Positions 10,954 through 23,054 of a DNA stretch of 64,000 nt are shown here, piece by piece; the stretch's first letter is position 1; the number at the start of each line of letters is the position of its first letter. The notes below the pieces were generated by a model. The model did no database searches. It was not told where the DNA came from and saw nothing but the letters and a program-made list of their open reading frames with translations. The translations under genes and the position numbers were made by a program. The DNA lies in NCBI RefSeq assembly GCF_006345805.1, contig NC_043007.1, forward strand, positions 21,452,001 to 21,516,000, given 5' to 3'. Origin of the DNA: Octopus sinensis. Taxonomy: Eukaryota.

Positions 10954-11344
10954 TCTTTTCTACTCTAAGCACAAGGCCCGAAATTTTTGGGAAGGGTGCT
11001 AGTCGATTAGATCGACCCCAGTACACAGCACAGATTTATCTGGGCTGACGGCTGCAACAAGAATTCTTTTCTCCTGCGGCAGTTGGTCAGCCACGCGATG
11101 GGGAGGCCAGCATGGCTGAGAATACCGCAACTGGAGGTAGCCTTCGTGGATCTCGCCAAGGCCTTCGATACAGTCTCAAAGGCTTGGGTTCCACGAACAC
11201 GTTATAGTGCTCGCGGAGGAGATCTATGAAGGATGAAAGGCAAAGTCAACCTCGGTGGAATTTGAACTCAGAACATAAAGACAGACAAAATACTGCTAAG
11301 CATTTCAACTGGCGTGCTAACATTTCTGCCAGCCTGCCACCTTT
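10954..11344 (-). mobile_element. SINE B with a 12-bp TSD, carrying a captured RT fragment
   Basis: TTTGGTTATATT at 10942-10953 and 11347-11358 flanks the element. Confidence 0.8.
11026..11233 (+). mobile_element. R2-like (RLE-clade) reverse transcriptase fragment
   Basis: Open translation QHRFIWADGCNKNSFLLRQLVSHAMG...LEVAFVDLAKAFDTVS, then LGFHEHVIVLAEEIYEG after a deletion. Matches the QxGF..DGC and D..KAFDTVSH RT motifs. Confidence 0.8.
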
Positions 11345-11346
11345 AT

Positions 11347-11725
11347 TTTGGTTATATTAACTGGTTTTGTTGGATATGTGTTGCCTTGGGGTCAGATATC
11401 TTTTCAGGGAGCTACAGTTATTACGAATATTACTAATTTGGTTTCAGCAGTGCCTTATATTGGGGAGGTATCGGTTTATTGAATTTGAGGCGGGTTTTCT
11501 GTTGATGATGCTACTTTGACAATTTTTTTATTGTCATTTTTCATTTCCTTTTTTTATTGTAAGCTTAGTTATTTTACATTTTTTGATTTTACATGAGGGG
11601 CAGACAGGTTCAAGTAACCATTTAGGATTAATTAATGATTTGGATAAAATTACTTTTCATCGTTATCATGTATTGGGTTTTCTTTTAATACTTGTTTGTT
11701 TAATGAGACTTATTAATATTATAAT
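11347..11725 (+). pseudogene. cob: Mitochondrial cytochrome b NUMT
   Basis: In the invertebrate mitochondrial code (TGA=W, ATA=M) it reads [58 protein letters not shown], then after frameshifts LVILHFLILHE and GSSNHLGLINDLDKITFH. Confidence 0.93.
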
Positions 11726-11790
11726 TGTTTTATAAATATGATGTTCTTTTCATTATATTTATTTGTTATATTTATTATATTTATAAGTAT

Positions 11791-11950
11791 GTGTGAAGGT
11801 GCATGGCTCAGTTGTTAGAGCGTGGAGCTTATGATCATGAAGTTGTGAGTTCGATTCCTGGACCGGGTTGCATGTTGTGTTCTTGTGCTTCGGAGGGTAA
11901 GTTTCTAGGTGCAATCCCATAGTCATTCATGATCGAAGGGAGTCTCCTCC
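11791..11950 (+). mobile_element. Internally deleted tRNA-derived SINE flanked by 57-bp direct repeats
   Basis: A-box TGGCTCAGTTG and B-box GAGTTCGATTCC. Direct repeats at 11734-11790 and 11957-12013. Confidence 0.7.
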
Positions 11951-13411
11951 TCACTCAAATATGATGTTCTTTCCATTATATTTATTCAATATATTTACTA
12001 TATTTATAAATATAATTTTGTTTTCATTATATTTATTATTACTCTTTCATTAGAGTACTTGGATTCATTAGAGTACAGTAGAGTGGTGCCATCTGTGAGA
12101 ATTTTCCACAGCTAGGTGAACAATGGGAAGAGTCTTAGAATTATGAAGGATTTTGGACATTGTGCAGGCATGACTGCATAGTTAAAAGGCTCTCTTTGCA
12201 ACCCACATGGCTTTGGGTTCAGTTCCACTGCACAGCACCTTAGACAAGTATCTTCTGCTACAGCCATAGCCTGACCTATGCTTTGTGAGATGGAAGCCGC
12301 AAGAAACCTGTTGTATGAAGGGTTTTGTCCTGCATGTTGCTTAGTGGCCCCACAGCTGTTGGTGCCACGTAAAACGCACCCAGTACACTTTGTAAGGTGG
12401 TTGGCATAAGGAAGGGCATCCAGCCATAGCAACCACGCCAAAGCAGTCAACAGACAATACTTCAAGGTGGTGCTCCAGCATGGCCACTGTCCAATACCTG
12501 AAACAAGTAAATGATAAAAGATAAAAAAAAATTGCTAGTAACTAGATGACCAGAAATCTAATAACATCTTCTCGACTTGACCAGTTGTCTGCCTGCCTTG
12601 TCTGTCTGTTATAACTCATGGGTAAAATATATTTGTTTGCCTCAGGTCAGTAGAATTATGGTGAAACTAAGAACCATTTTCCCTTTACATTATAATGTGG
12701 TTGGAATTGGAAGACTTAGCTCGCTGAGTTGATAAGATCATTTTGGCCAACTGGCTGAGAGGTCAGCAGTGTTCATATCCTGTCACTGACACTACATTTA
12801 GGTCTGTGACCAAAGCACTTGACTTTTAAAATGGCACAGTCCACTTAACTTTGAGTATACAGCTGTAGGTAACAACAACATTAAGCACAATCCTATGAAA
12901 CAGGCCAGTGTTCCATTATACTGCAGTGAAGAGTTGAACTCTTCCTGTTAGCATTGTTGTTGTTGTTGCTAAGCAACAAGACTGGTAAGGGTAATTAGGT
13001 GATGGTCTAGGGCTTAGGGGTGGGAGACCCCAGACCTTGGGAAAAAAAAAGCTTTGGTTGTCTTGTTGTAGTCGAGGGCTCTTCGTTGACACCCGACACC
13101 ACTGGGAGGTGGCCCTTGAAGTCGCTGGAAATGGAGATCTCCAGGTCCAAATTCTTGCCAAGGAATGAATTTAACCAAATTGACTTGCTCTAGATCATAG
13201 TTTCTCAAAGTGGGTGCTACCCCCCCCCCCCGGTGGGCGTTGAGACAGTCCGGATGGGCAGTAGAGAAAAAGGAGGCGCTGGGAGAGAGGCAGTGAATTG
13301 GGGAACGCTATGAATTTATCATAATATTATTGTAGTATTGTATATAAATTATATAAATATCAAATGATTCATAGTATATATGCATTTGTAAAATATAAAA
13401 TATTTATTTAT

Positions 13412-13830
13412 AGGTGTAGGAGTTGCTGTGTGGTAAGTAGCTTGCTTACCAACCACATGGTTCCAGGTTCAGTCCCACTGCGTGGCACCTTGGGCAAGTG
13501 TCTTCTACTATAGCCTTGGGCTGACCAAAGCCTTGTGAGTGGATATGGTAGATGGAAACTGAAAGAAGCCCTTCATATATATGTATATGTGTGTGTGTGT
13601 GTGTGGTCCCTTACTCCACCACACGTCTGCTGGTTTTGGTTTATTTGTCCTTATAACTTAGAGATTTAGCAAAAAAAAAACAAAAACCAAAAGGCAATTG
13701 AATAACCTCTAGGTTCAGAAAAGAAAGGGAAGTAGTGGGGTTGATCTTTTTAAACCCAAACCCTTCAATGTGGTGCCCCAGCATGGCCACAGTCCAGTAA
13801 CTGAAACAAGTAAAAAATAAAAGATAAAGA
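13412..13830 (+). mobile_element. SINE family A
   Basis: Head, central (TG)n and a diverged tail ending GAAACAAGTAAAAA. Confidence 0.85.
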
Positions 13831-15140
13831 TTTTTATAAGGTAGTTTATCATTTGTCAAAAGCTAATTATTTAACGATTTGTATGTTCCAGAATATTCTT
13901 TTCATCTTAAGAGCTTTGTAAACTATAACCTAAATTGCTGCTGGAATCACGAAATGTGTTTCTTCGTTATCTACCAAGTTATAAATAGCTGATAACAAAT
14001 TTCAGGAAAGTGTATATAAGTGATATAAAACTGTAGTTCGTGTAGTTAGTTGCGAGAACATGACAGAAAATTCTTGTCAAACAGAATGTAAATTTTTATT
14101 AATCTGCAAACATTCCATTTGTGGAACACTGAGTTTTACTGATAAGATTTTGGCCAAGTAAGAGAATACAGACATGTTATGGTGTAAAAACTATCTGAAT
14201 CGTGTCTATATAAAAAGAAGACACCTGGATGATGATAGCGATTCATCATCATCATCATCATCGTTAATGTCCGTTTTCCTTACTGGTATTAGTTGGATGG
14301 TTTGACAAGTAATGAAAATCAAGATCGAGTGAGCTTTTGCACTTTTGATAATTTTAATTCTATATATTATTCCTCAGAATTGAAAATTTCTTGTGCAAAC
14401 TACGCCACAAAAATCCATACATTCGAATACGTATATATACATCCATACATGCGAATATGTAAATCAACCCATGCTAGCATGGAAAGCGGACGTTAAACGA
14501 TGATGATGATGATGATACATTCATATATCCGAGAGTGTAATAGGTGCTTTTACGTGCCACTGGCACGAGGGCCAGTCAGGTAGTACTGGCAACGACCACA
14601 CTCAAATGGTGCTTTTTATGTGCCACCTGCACAGGAGCCAGTCCAGCAGCACTGGCAACGGCCTCGCTCGAATGTTTTTTTCACGTGTCCCCAGCACAAA
14701 TGCTAGTAAGGCGACGCTGGTAATGATCACGCTCGAATGGTGTTTTTAACGTGCCATCGGTACGAAGGCCAGCTTGTTGCTCTGGCAACAATCTCACTCG
14801 TATGGTACTCTTAGCGCTCCACTAGCACAGATGCCAGTCATCGAGTTTGATTTCGATTTCACTTGCCTCAACAGGTCTTCGCAATCAAGTTTGATTTCGA
14901 TTTTGATGTCTTTCTAAATATAAACAACAGCATCATTGAAATCTCAAACCACTAAGATAATGTATGATTAACTGAAAACAATATGAATAAATGAGCATTA
15001 TATTTGACAGCGTAATCTGAACGCCAAGAACCCTTTTGTGGCCGTGTGGTAAAGAAATTTGTTTCCTAACTACATGAGTTTTGGGTTTAGTCCAACTGTG
15101 AGTTGCTTTGGGCATCTTCTACTATTAAAGCTAATGTTTC

Positions 15141-15504
15141 TATTACCTCTGCCTTAGAAAGGGCAGAGGTATTGTTTTCAGTCATGTTTGTTTGTCCATA
15201 GACAAGATATCTCAAGAACTGCTGGATAGATTCGGATGAAACTTTCAGGGATGTTTGGCCTTGTGACTGGCATGAACTGATTAGATTTTGAGATTGATCC
15301 AGTACCAGACAAGGATTCTGGATTATTTTTCCTGTTTTTTTACTTAATTTTTGAGAGTGGTTGGGTTCATTTTTAGTATTCTCATTTGTGAAGACAGTCA
15401 AATTTATTTCAGATATTCTCATTTTACAAATCATCTCTAGCTAATCGTTGAGAGGATGGTGGTGTTGACTTGGTGGAGGTTTGCGGTCTCTGAGTGCTCT
15501 TGTT
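15141..15504 (+). mobile_element. Helentron-associated (HINE/DINE-1-like) non-autonomous element
   Basis: 5' TATTACCTCTGCC...GGCAGAGGTA hairpin and (TGTT)n. The 3' subterminal inverted copy GGTGGAGGT is followed by a degenerate stem-loop (GCGGTCTCTGAGTGC) and a T-rich end. Confidence 0.7.
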
Positions 15505-16839
15505 CATATCTGAATTATTATAAATGTTCAACAGTTCATGTTTTGAGTTAAATCTCTGCCGATGTCAACTTCGTCTTTCATCCTTTCAAGGCTAATAAAA
15601 TAAGTAACAATCAAATCCTGGGGTCAATAAAATCGACTAAATTTACTTTATTGGTTGAATTTTACAATAATCTTTGAAGTTTTTCAAATCATTATAACTC
15701 AAAATTATAAACTGACAAAAAAAAAGAATGAAAATACAGAAGCAAAACTGCGATTGATCGATGTAGTTTGATAAATGACTTCAGTGTAAACTAATTTTAT
15801 TGAATAGTTTTTGGAAACCAGAACTTAGAACCAAATATTTAACTGGCTTAATTCTACCTTGCTACTTCTTAAGAAAATAATATAATGTTTTTATACATCG
15901 TAGAGATATGGCCAATAAATCATTAAAAGAGAAATGGTTCACTGGACAGAGAAGACAGAAAATTCAATGAGTTTGTGGTTTTGGGGATAGTCCTTTTTTC
16001 TTATTTTTTCCCCTACATGCTAATAAGGAATGAATGGTTCAATAAATTTGTTGGAATATTTCTTTCATGGTTGAATGATCTTCTTCATATCACTCCTGTT
16101 CCGCATTAAAGTTGCACTTGGATAACGATACGCAGAATCGCACGTGGCATCGAGTGTACAATGAGATGCCACATTGCTTGCGAAAGAAAAACAAGGAATT
16201 GATCGGGACAAAAGCGACGTGTTTAGAAATTTAAAATTGTCTCTAAAATAATTGATGAAATATTGAGAAAATGGAGCATATGGAATCGAAGTGTGTCCTG
16301 AAAATTCTAAGAAATTAAATAGCTGAATGCTCAAGATGCCAGCTCAGTTTTATGGTTCTCAGTTGGAGTGTGCGTGAGAGAATTACTTTCTTCACTTGGT
16401 ATTAACACCAAGTTGGATGAATTCGTATGATTGGGCTAGAATAATCTGATTAATTCAAGCAGTAGTAATTTTGTGATATGAGGACTAGGTGTGGCTGTGT
16501 GGCTAAGAAGCCTGCTTCCCAGTTCTGTGGTCTTGGGTTCAGTCCCACTGTGCACTACCTTGGGCAAATGTTTTTTTGCTATAGCCCTGGGCCGACTAAT
16601 ACAATATGAGTGGATTTGATAGATGGAAGCTGAAGTAAGGCTTTTGTGTATATGTGTGTGTGCATGACATTTGTACTACAGAGCCAGAGGGGGTTTCAGC
16701 CGGGCTGGTAACGAAAGGGTTAAAAGTGTCTTGGGTCACAGACACAACACAGTAACAGCTTATGAACCACTGGCTTCTTAGTTGGTTGTCCTATGCTTTC
16801 TCAACTCAGCCGTCTGTAATTTCACTTGTTGCACATTAA

Positions 16840-17395
16840 CTCTTTTGATACAAACCCATGTGAGACTGCCTTTCGTTTTATGATACAGACTTCCTGTTTT
16901 TTAAGTGATCTAAATTAAAGCCACCCATTAATATTTCATATTATGTTCCAAATACCAGCTTAATGATAACAAAGTCATTTTGCTAAATTCTTCATTATTT
17001 TTAAACTGGTACTTACTGGCACTTGTGCTGGTGGCATGTGAAAAAACATTCGAGTGAGGTCGTTGCCAGTGCCGCTGGACTGGCTCCTGTGCAGGTGACA
17101 TGTAAAAAACACTGTTTGAGCATGGCCGTTGCCAGTACCGCCTGACTGGCCCTCGTGCCAGTGGCACGTAAAATCACCCACTACACTCTTGGAGTGGTTG
17201 GTGTTAGGAAGGGCATCCAGCTGTAGAAACTCTTCCAGATCAGATTGGAGCCTGGTGCAGCCATCTGGTTTGCCAGTCCTCAGTCAAATCGTCCAACCCA
17301 TGCCAGCATGGAAAGCGGATGTTATACGATGATGATGATGATGATAAATTGAAACAAAGGCAGTGTATTTCAAGAGAAATCCAGCAACAAAATGG
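16840..17395 (+). mobile_element. piggyBac-type MITE family F with SINE C inserted at about 17011-17345
   Basis: TTAA|CTCTTTTGATAC...GCAACAAAATGG|TTAA. Related pieces at about 6322-6445, 17424-17470 and 34637-34850. Confidence 0.7.
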
Positions 17396-17818
17396 TTAAA
17401 ATAGCTTCAAGGAATTTAGAATGTTAAACCCTTTTGATTCCAACCTGCTTCAGACTCCCCCTGGTTCTTTGAAGCTTATTAATCCATACTCTAGAAGATA
17501 TGATCTATTTCCCCTTCACTTTATCTATACACACCAAGCAAAATGAAAGTTGTATTTTTTTATCTTTCATATTTATGTACGTGTTCATGGAATCAATTTT
17601 AATGATATGAACGATATTGAAAGTTTTGCAACTGAAATAGGGCAAGCTTTCAATTAAGCATTGATCTTCTCAAAAACTATATGCATTCATTTGAACAACT
17701 GTCTCTGTTCTTACTCTCAGGATGCTTACATAATAGGGCTGCATATATATGGATTAGTCTTCCCACACATCTCTGCACACAAACTGCTAACACTTCCATA
17801 ATCTTGCCTTTCTTTCTT

Positions 17819-18120
17819 GTCAATAAAATTGTTACAATGTAAAAGAACTGACCCCTTTACCCATTTACTTCAGCCCTTATTATGTATAGTTTATGCTGCA
17901 GTCCAGTGCACACAGTCAAAGGAGACTGACATCCCTAATCTAGAATGGGGCTCAAATTCTGACCCAGGTCAATAAAATTGTTACAATAAAAGAACTGACT
18001 CCTTTATCCATTTATTTCAGCCCCTATCATGTATAGTTTATGCTTCAATCCAGCACACAAAGTCAAAGGAGCCTGACATCCCTAATCTAGAACATTTTTG
18101 CCTTTGGGACTCAAATTCTG
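17819..18120. repeat. Diverged tandem duplication, unit about 149 bp
   Basis: GTCAATAAAATTGTTACAAT...CATCCCTAATCTAGAA...CTCAAATTCTG starts at both 17819 and 17968. Confidence 0.9.
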
Positions 18121-20127
18121 TCATAGGCAAAGCAATCTCTCTTATTTGTTTTCCTGCCTAAATAGGAAATGTGTCAGTTGAGCGATTTAAAAAGAAAATA
18201 ACAAACCCCCCCCAAAAAAACTGTTCATCGAACGATTTCGTATCTGTTTGTTGAATTATTCGGTGTGTGTGCTAGTCTGCTTAAAAAACAGCAATGATTG
18301 ATGTGTCTGCATTAAACGCAGACTAATGAACAGAGCAGAAGTAAAGACTTTGAAAAGCTTACTTACATTAGAAGAAGAAAAAAGAAAAGCAACTATACAC
18401 AGGGTTGCTAATTAGCTATCTATCTAGTATCGAGAAAAGAAATTCTAAATCACTGACAATGAAATAAAAGTGATAACATTAAAAGAAGCAACAAAAGTAC
18501 TAATGATTTCTTAGTTTGGCACAAAGCCATGGAATTTGGAACTGAAATATGGCTGATTGAATCGGCTGAGTTCTAGGACTGGTGCTTAGTTTATTGACCG
18601 TTTAGGGATGGGAGACAAAGCCAGTCCCTTAGAAATTTTGACTCAAAAGGTACTGGGATTATACTAAATACTAGCTACTCAGCTGCTTTTCACTGTGGTA
18701 AGTAGCTTGCTTACAAACCACATGGATCCGGGTTCAGTCCCACTGCGTGGCACCTTGGGCAAGTGTCTTCTACTATAGCCTTGGGCCGACCAAAGCCTTG
18801 TGAGTGGATTTGGTAGACGGAAACTGTGTGTATGTTTGTGCATCTGTGTTTGTCCCCCCAACATCACATGACAACCGATGCTGGTGTGTTTATGTCCCCG
18901 TAACTTAGCGGTTCGGCAAAAGAGACCAATAGAATAAGAACTAGTCAATTTGCTCGACTAAAAGGCAGTGCTCCAGCATGGCCGCAGTCAAATGACTGAA
19001 ACAAGTAAAAGAGTAATAATGATAATAAAACCCCTTTCTACTATAAGCACAAGACCTGAAATTTTATAACACTAGGCCACATGTTTGTGGGGAGGAATGT
19101 AGTCATCATATCCAACTCTGCAGGGGGGAAAGGTAAATCTGGGTCTATTAGGGTTTGAATTATCCTCCTTCTCTTCCACCAACATGATCATCATCATCAT
19201 TATCATCAAGGAAAGGTGGCAAGCTGGGCGAAATGCTTAGCGGTATTTTGCCCATTGGTATTTTCTGCATTCAAATTCCGCCGAGGTTGACTTTACCTCC
19301 CGTCCTTTCGGGGTCGATTAAATAAGTACCAGTTAAGCACTGGAGTCGATATAATTGACTTAATCTGTTTGCCTGTCCTTGTTTGTCCTCTCTGAGTTTA
19401 GCCTCTTGTGGGTTGTAAAGAAATAGGTATTTTGCCCATTTGTACATTCTGAGTTCAAATTCTGCTGAGGTCGACTTTACCTTTCATCCTTTCAGGGTCG
19501 ATAAAATAAGGACCAGTTAAACACTGGGGTCGATGTAATTGATTTATCCCCTCCCCCAAAATTGCCCTTGTGGTAAAATTTGAAACCATTAACATCAAGG
19601 AAAACATGGAAATAAACAGATCACTCTGACTGACAGACAATACTTTGGGGTTTCTCATAGGCAAAATCCCAATGGTTAGTAGCAATACACGAGGTAAGAG
19701 TGTCAAAGGAAGATGGAATCTTCAACTGGAGACCTTGTGGCTGGTGACCAATAGTAAGATGGTCGGATGCTGTCCATAGTCTCAATTGGTCGCACTTCAG
19801 AATCTAGCCAGAGAGTCTAATGGTGGTTACTTTTGATTGGACCCTATGAAGGAAGTGTGAAGGTGCATAGCTTAATGGTTTGAGTACTTGGCTCTTGATT
19901 GTAAGATTGTGGGTTCGATTCCTGGTGACACGTTGTGTTCTTGAGCAAGACACTTTATTTCATGTTGCTCCAGTCCACTCAGCTGGCAAAAATGAAGAGT
20001 ATCTGTGATTCAAAGGGCCAGCCTTGTCGCATTCCGTGTCATGCTGAATCTTCTTGAGACCTATGTTAAGGGTATGTGTGTCTGTGGAATACTCAGCCAC
20101 ATTTCTGCCAGCTCGTCGCTTTTATAA

Positions 20128-20513
20128 GAGCACCATCCGAGTGTAATCATTGCCAGAGTGTCTAACTGGCCTCTGTGCCGGTGGCACGTAAAAAGCACCA
20201 TTCGAGCTTGATTGTTACCTGCGTCACCTTACTGGCACTTGTACCGCTGGCACCTGAAAAAAACATTTGAGTGTGGCCGTTGCCAGTACCGCCTGACTGG
20301 CCCTCGTGCCAGTGACACGTAAAAGCACTCACTACACTCTTGGAGTGGTTGGCGTTAGGAAGGGCATCCAGCTGTAGAAACTCTGCCAGATCAGATTGGA
20401 GCCTGGTGCAGCCATCTAGTTCGCCAGTCCTCAGTCAAAATCGCCCAACCCATGCCAGCATGGAAAGCGGACGTTAAACGATGATGATGATGATAATGAT
20501 GATGATGATGATG
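20128..20513 (+). mobile_element. Family C retroelement (SINE-like or non-autonomous RTE-like, (GAT)n tail)
   Basis: GTTGGCGTTAGGAAGGGCATCCAGCTGTAGAAAC...CCAACCCATGCCAGCATGGAAAGCGGACGTTAAAC(GAT)n. Further copies at about 14530-14880, 17011-17345, 24095-24460, 46565-47070, 49115-49950, 56463-56705 and 56773-57082. Confidence 0.85.
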
Positions 20514-21099
20514 TACTTTATTTCATTACACTATCCCCAACCAAAAAAGACAAAAAAATGAAAATCTTGACTCTAATAGGATTTGAACTTATCGAATATT
20601 TTATCAATCATTTTTACCCAATCAGCTTCATATTGATTTTGTTTTGAAGTGAGTGGGAGGGTAGGAATATTGGTTTAGCGTTGTTTCTCTTCTCTTCTTT
20701 TATTTTTGATTATTTCGTATTTACGACTATAGGTTTTATGTACTTGCATTACGGTAATATACTAGTATACCATAACGACGGCAACGGTTATTCATTATTT
20801 TTATATGTGCTCTGCCGTACCAGCATGGGTTAGACATATCTACAACACTGCCTTGTTCCTGCTGTCTGCTGTCAGTCTAAGAAGAACATTTCAAAAAAAC
20901 GTATTGATTTAATGCAACGGTGTGAGGTGTGTTCGCTCAGATTAGAATCAACCGATGCAGCAGGACTTTTATCCGATTTCTGTTAATTTCTGTAAAATAA
21001 TTGATAATTTGAAGTATCGAAGTAATCTTTTTGTGTGTCGTGTTTCAATTAAAACCCAACCTTAATGTGGTAGCTATTGTCATTCTGAGTAAGTGGGCT

Positions 21100-21585
21100 C
21101 TTTTACTCTTTTACTTGTTTCAGTCGTTTTGACTGTGGCCATGTTGGAGCACTGCCTTCAGTCGAGCAAATCGACCCCGTAGACTTATTCTTTGTCAGCC
21201 TAGTACTTATTCTGTCGGTGTCTTTTGCCGAAACGCTAAGTTACGGGGACGTAAACACACTAGCATCGGTTGTCAAGCAATGGTGGGGGAACAAACACAG
21301 ACACACATACATATATATATCTGTGTGTGTGTGTGTGTATGTGTATATATGTGTGTGTGTATATATATATGTATATATATATATATATGTATGTATATAT
21401 ATATATACACACACATATATACGAGGGGCTTCTATCAGTTTCCGTCTACCAAATCCACTCACAAGGCTTTGGTCGGCCTAAGGCTTATAGTAGAAGACGC
21501 TTGCCCAAGGTGCCACGCAGTGGGACTGAACCCGGAACCATGTGGTTGGTAAGCAAGCTACTTACCACACAGCCACTCCTACGCC
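21100..21585 (-). mobile_element. SINE family A, full length
   Basis: Complete head, expanded central microsatellite and tail. Other near-complete copies at about 18693-19015, 22802-23220, 57907-58304 and 60197-60537. Confidence 0.92.
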
Positions 21586-21863
21586 TGGGCGGAAGATAAA
21601 ACAAGAAGAAAAATACGTAATTACTGAAATCATACACCAAAGTTTCTCAAATATTAATTTTGAGTTTTCCAAGACTATTTAGAGAATATAATGTTGTTAA
21701 TTACATTTCTATCTATTTTAGTACCTCGCTATTTTGACCTTAACGCATGGTGGGTTTATTTTTGACTTTTCATACTTTGAGGCTTCATAAAACAAATTTT
21801 TGTTAAAACTTTTACCTGTTTGCCTGACCAGGAAGAAAACCTCAGAAAGTTGTAAATTTTAGG

Positions 21864-22275
21864 GGATCTTATCGGTTTGAACGGCAGATTTTAACATAAT
21901 TTCTAGGTAACTAAAAAATTTTAAACTTCGTATACTGGTAGAATGTGTTTATAAAACATCTTTTTCTCTTGGCTTTCTTCAGAAAATTCTATAGTTTGTA
22001 AGATATTTGTTGTTTTTTTTACTTCAGTTTCTGCAATTTCAACCAATCAATGACGTCTATTGAGGTAAAAAAACATTCTGTGCTGTATGAATATGTCCCT
22101 CGTTTAAGAAACAGATTGGGTTTATTTACATTTCTGAAGAAAAAAGATACCCTTCCCCCCACCCCTAACCCTAACACAGATTGAAGTGCAATAGATCGAT
22201 ACTAGGGTCATAATTGTGGGTGACAATTTCATATGACACCGCTAGAAAAAACTGCCGTTCAAACCGAAAAGATCC
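21864..22275. mobile_element. Complete non-autonomous DNA transposon (MITE) with 24-bp TIRs and an 8-bp TSD
   Basis: GGATCTTATCGGTTTGAACGGCAG...CTGCCGTTCAAACCGAAAAGATCC. ATTTTAGG is duplicated at 21856-21863 and 22276-22283. Confidence 0.92.
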
Positions 22276-22339
22276 ATTTTAGGAGCAAAGATTTAGGCTT
22301 GGTGTGTGTGTCTATGTGTGTTTGGTGGAACACGTTAGG

Positions 22340-22790
22340 CCAGGTGAAAGATGTTTGAGAGAAAAAAAGGATAAGTGGATGAATCAAAAAAAGGTAAGTG
22401 GGCTCGGCTCGGGGTAGGTATGATATACAACTTACTTGTTCAGAGAAGCCGGAACTATCATGGTCATGGTAGAGGAAGCAGAGGGTGTGGCAATACAGTG
22501 TTAGAGAATGTGGTTGTAATAAGTTAGGTGAAGCAGTTGAATTACGATTTTCTTTTTTTAATTTGGTGTAGAACCGTTGGTGAGTAGCAGCTGATCTAGC
22601 TCAGATATTAGTGAGGTGCACTAGTGTGGGTACACTTGCACTGTGTTGAAGATCAGCAGATGTTCAGAGCTGAGGTATTGCCTTGACTTGAAGAGAAGGC
22701 TTACTCTCTGAGATGCAGTATTGGGTATGTTCTCAACATAATCGCCAGAGATTGTGCGGGTGCGAGTTTATTGTTTGTAAAATGTGTTAG
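22340..22790 (-). mobile_element. Decayed CR1/Jockey-group LINE ORF2 C-terminal fragment
   Basis: Minus-strand translation YVENIPNTASQRVSLLFKSRQYLSSEHLLIFNTVQV / PTLVHLTNI*ARSAATH resembles the post-RT HI..I...AS..L..L.R.R...Y.AQVRP.LEY motif. Confidence 0.6.
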
Positions 22791-23022
22791 GACTTTATAT
22801 ACTCTCTTTTACTCATTTACTTGTTTTCAGTCATGTGACTGTGGCCATGCTGGAGCACCAGCTTTAGTCGAGCAAATCGACCCCAGGACTTATTCTTTGT
22901 AAGCCTAGTACTTATTTGATCGGTCTCTTTTTGCTGAACCGCTAAGTTACGGGGAAGTAAACACACCAGCATCGGTTGTCAAGCAATGTTGGGGGACAAA
23001 CATATACACATACACACATACC

Positions 23023-23054
<32 letters not shown>

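Noticed and set aside
11347-11725. Genuine mitochondrial contig or functional cytb
   Set aside because: It has frameshifts, a W-to-Q change in the SFWGATVIT motif, a 9-nt duplication and nuclear SINEs on both sides.
13196-13400. Possible hAT-type MITE start (CATAGTTTCTCAAAGTGGG)
   Set aside because: I found no matching right TIR or TSD, so it is too weak to annotate.
19700-19860. RTE-like RP.G.P..RWSD patch
   Set aside because: Too short and degenerate to call.
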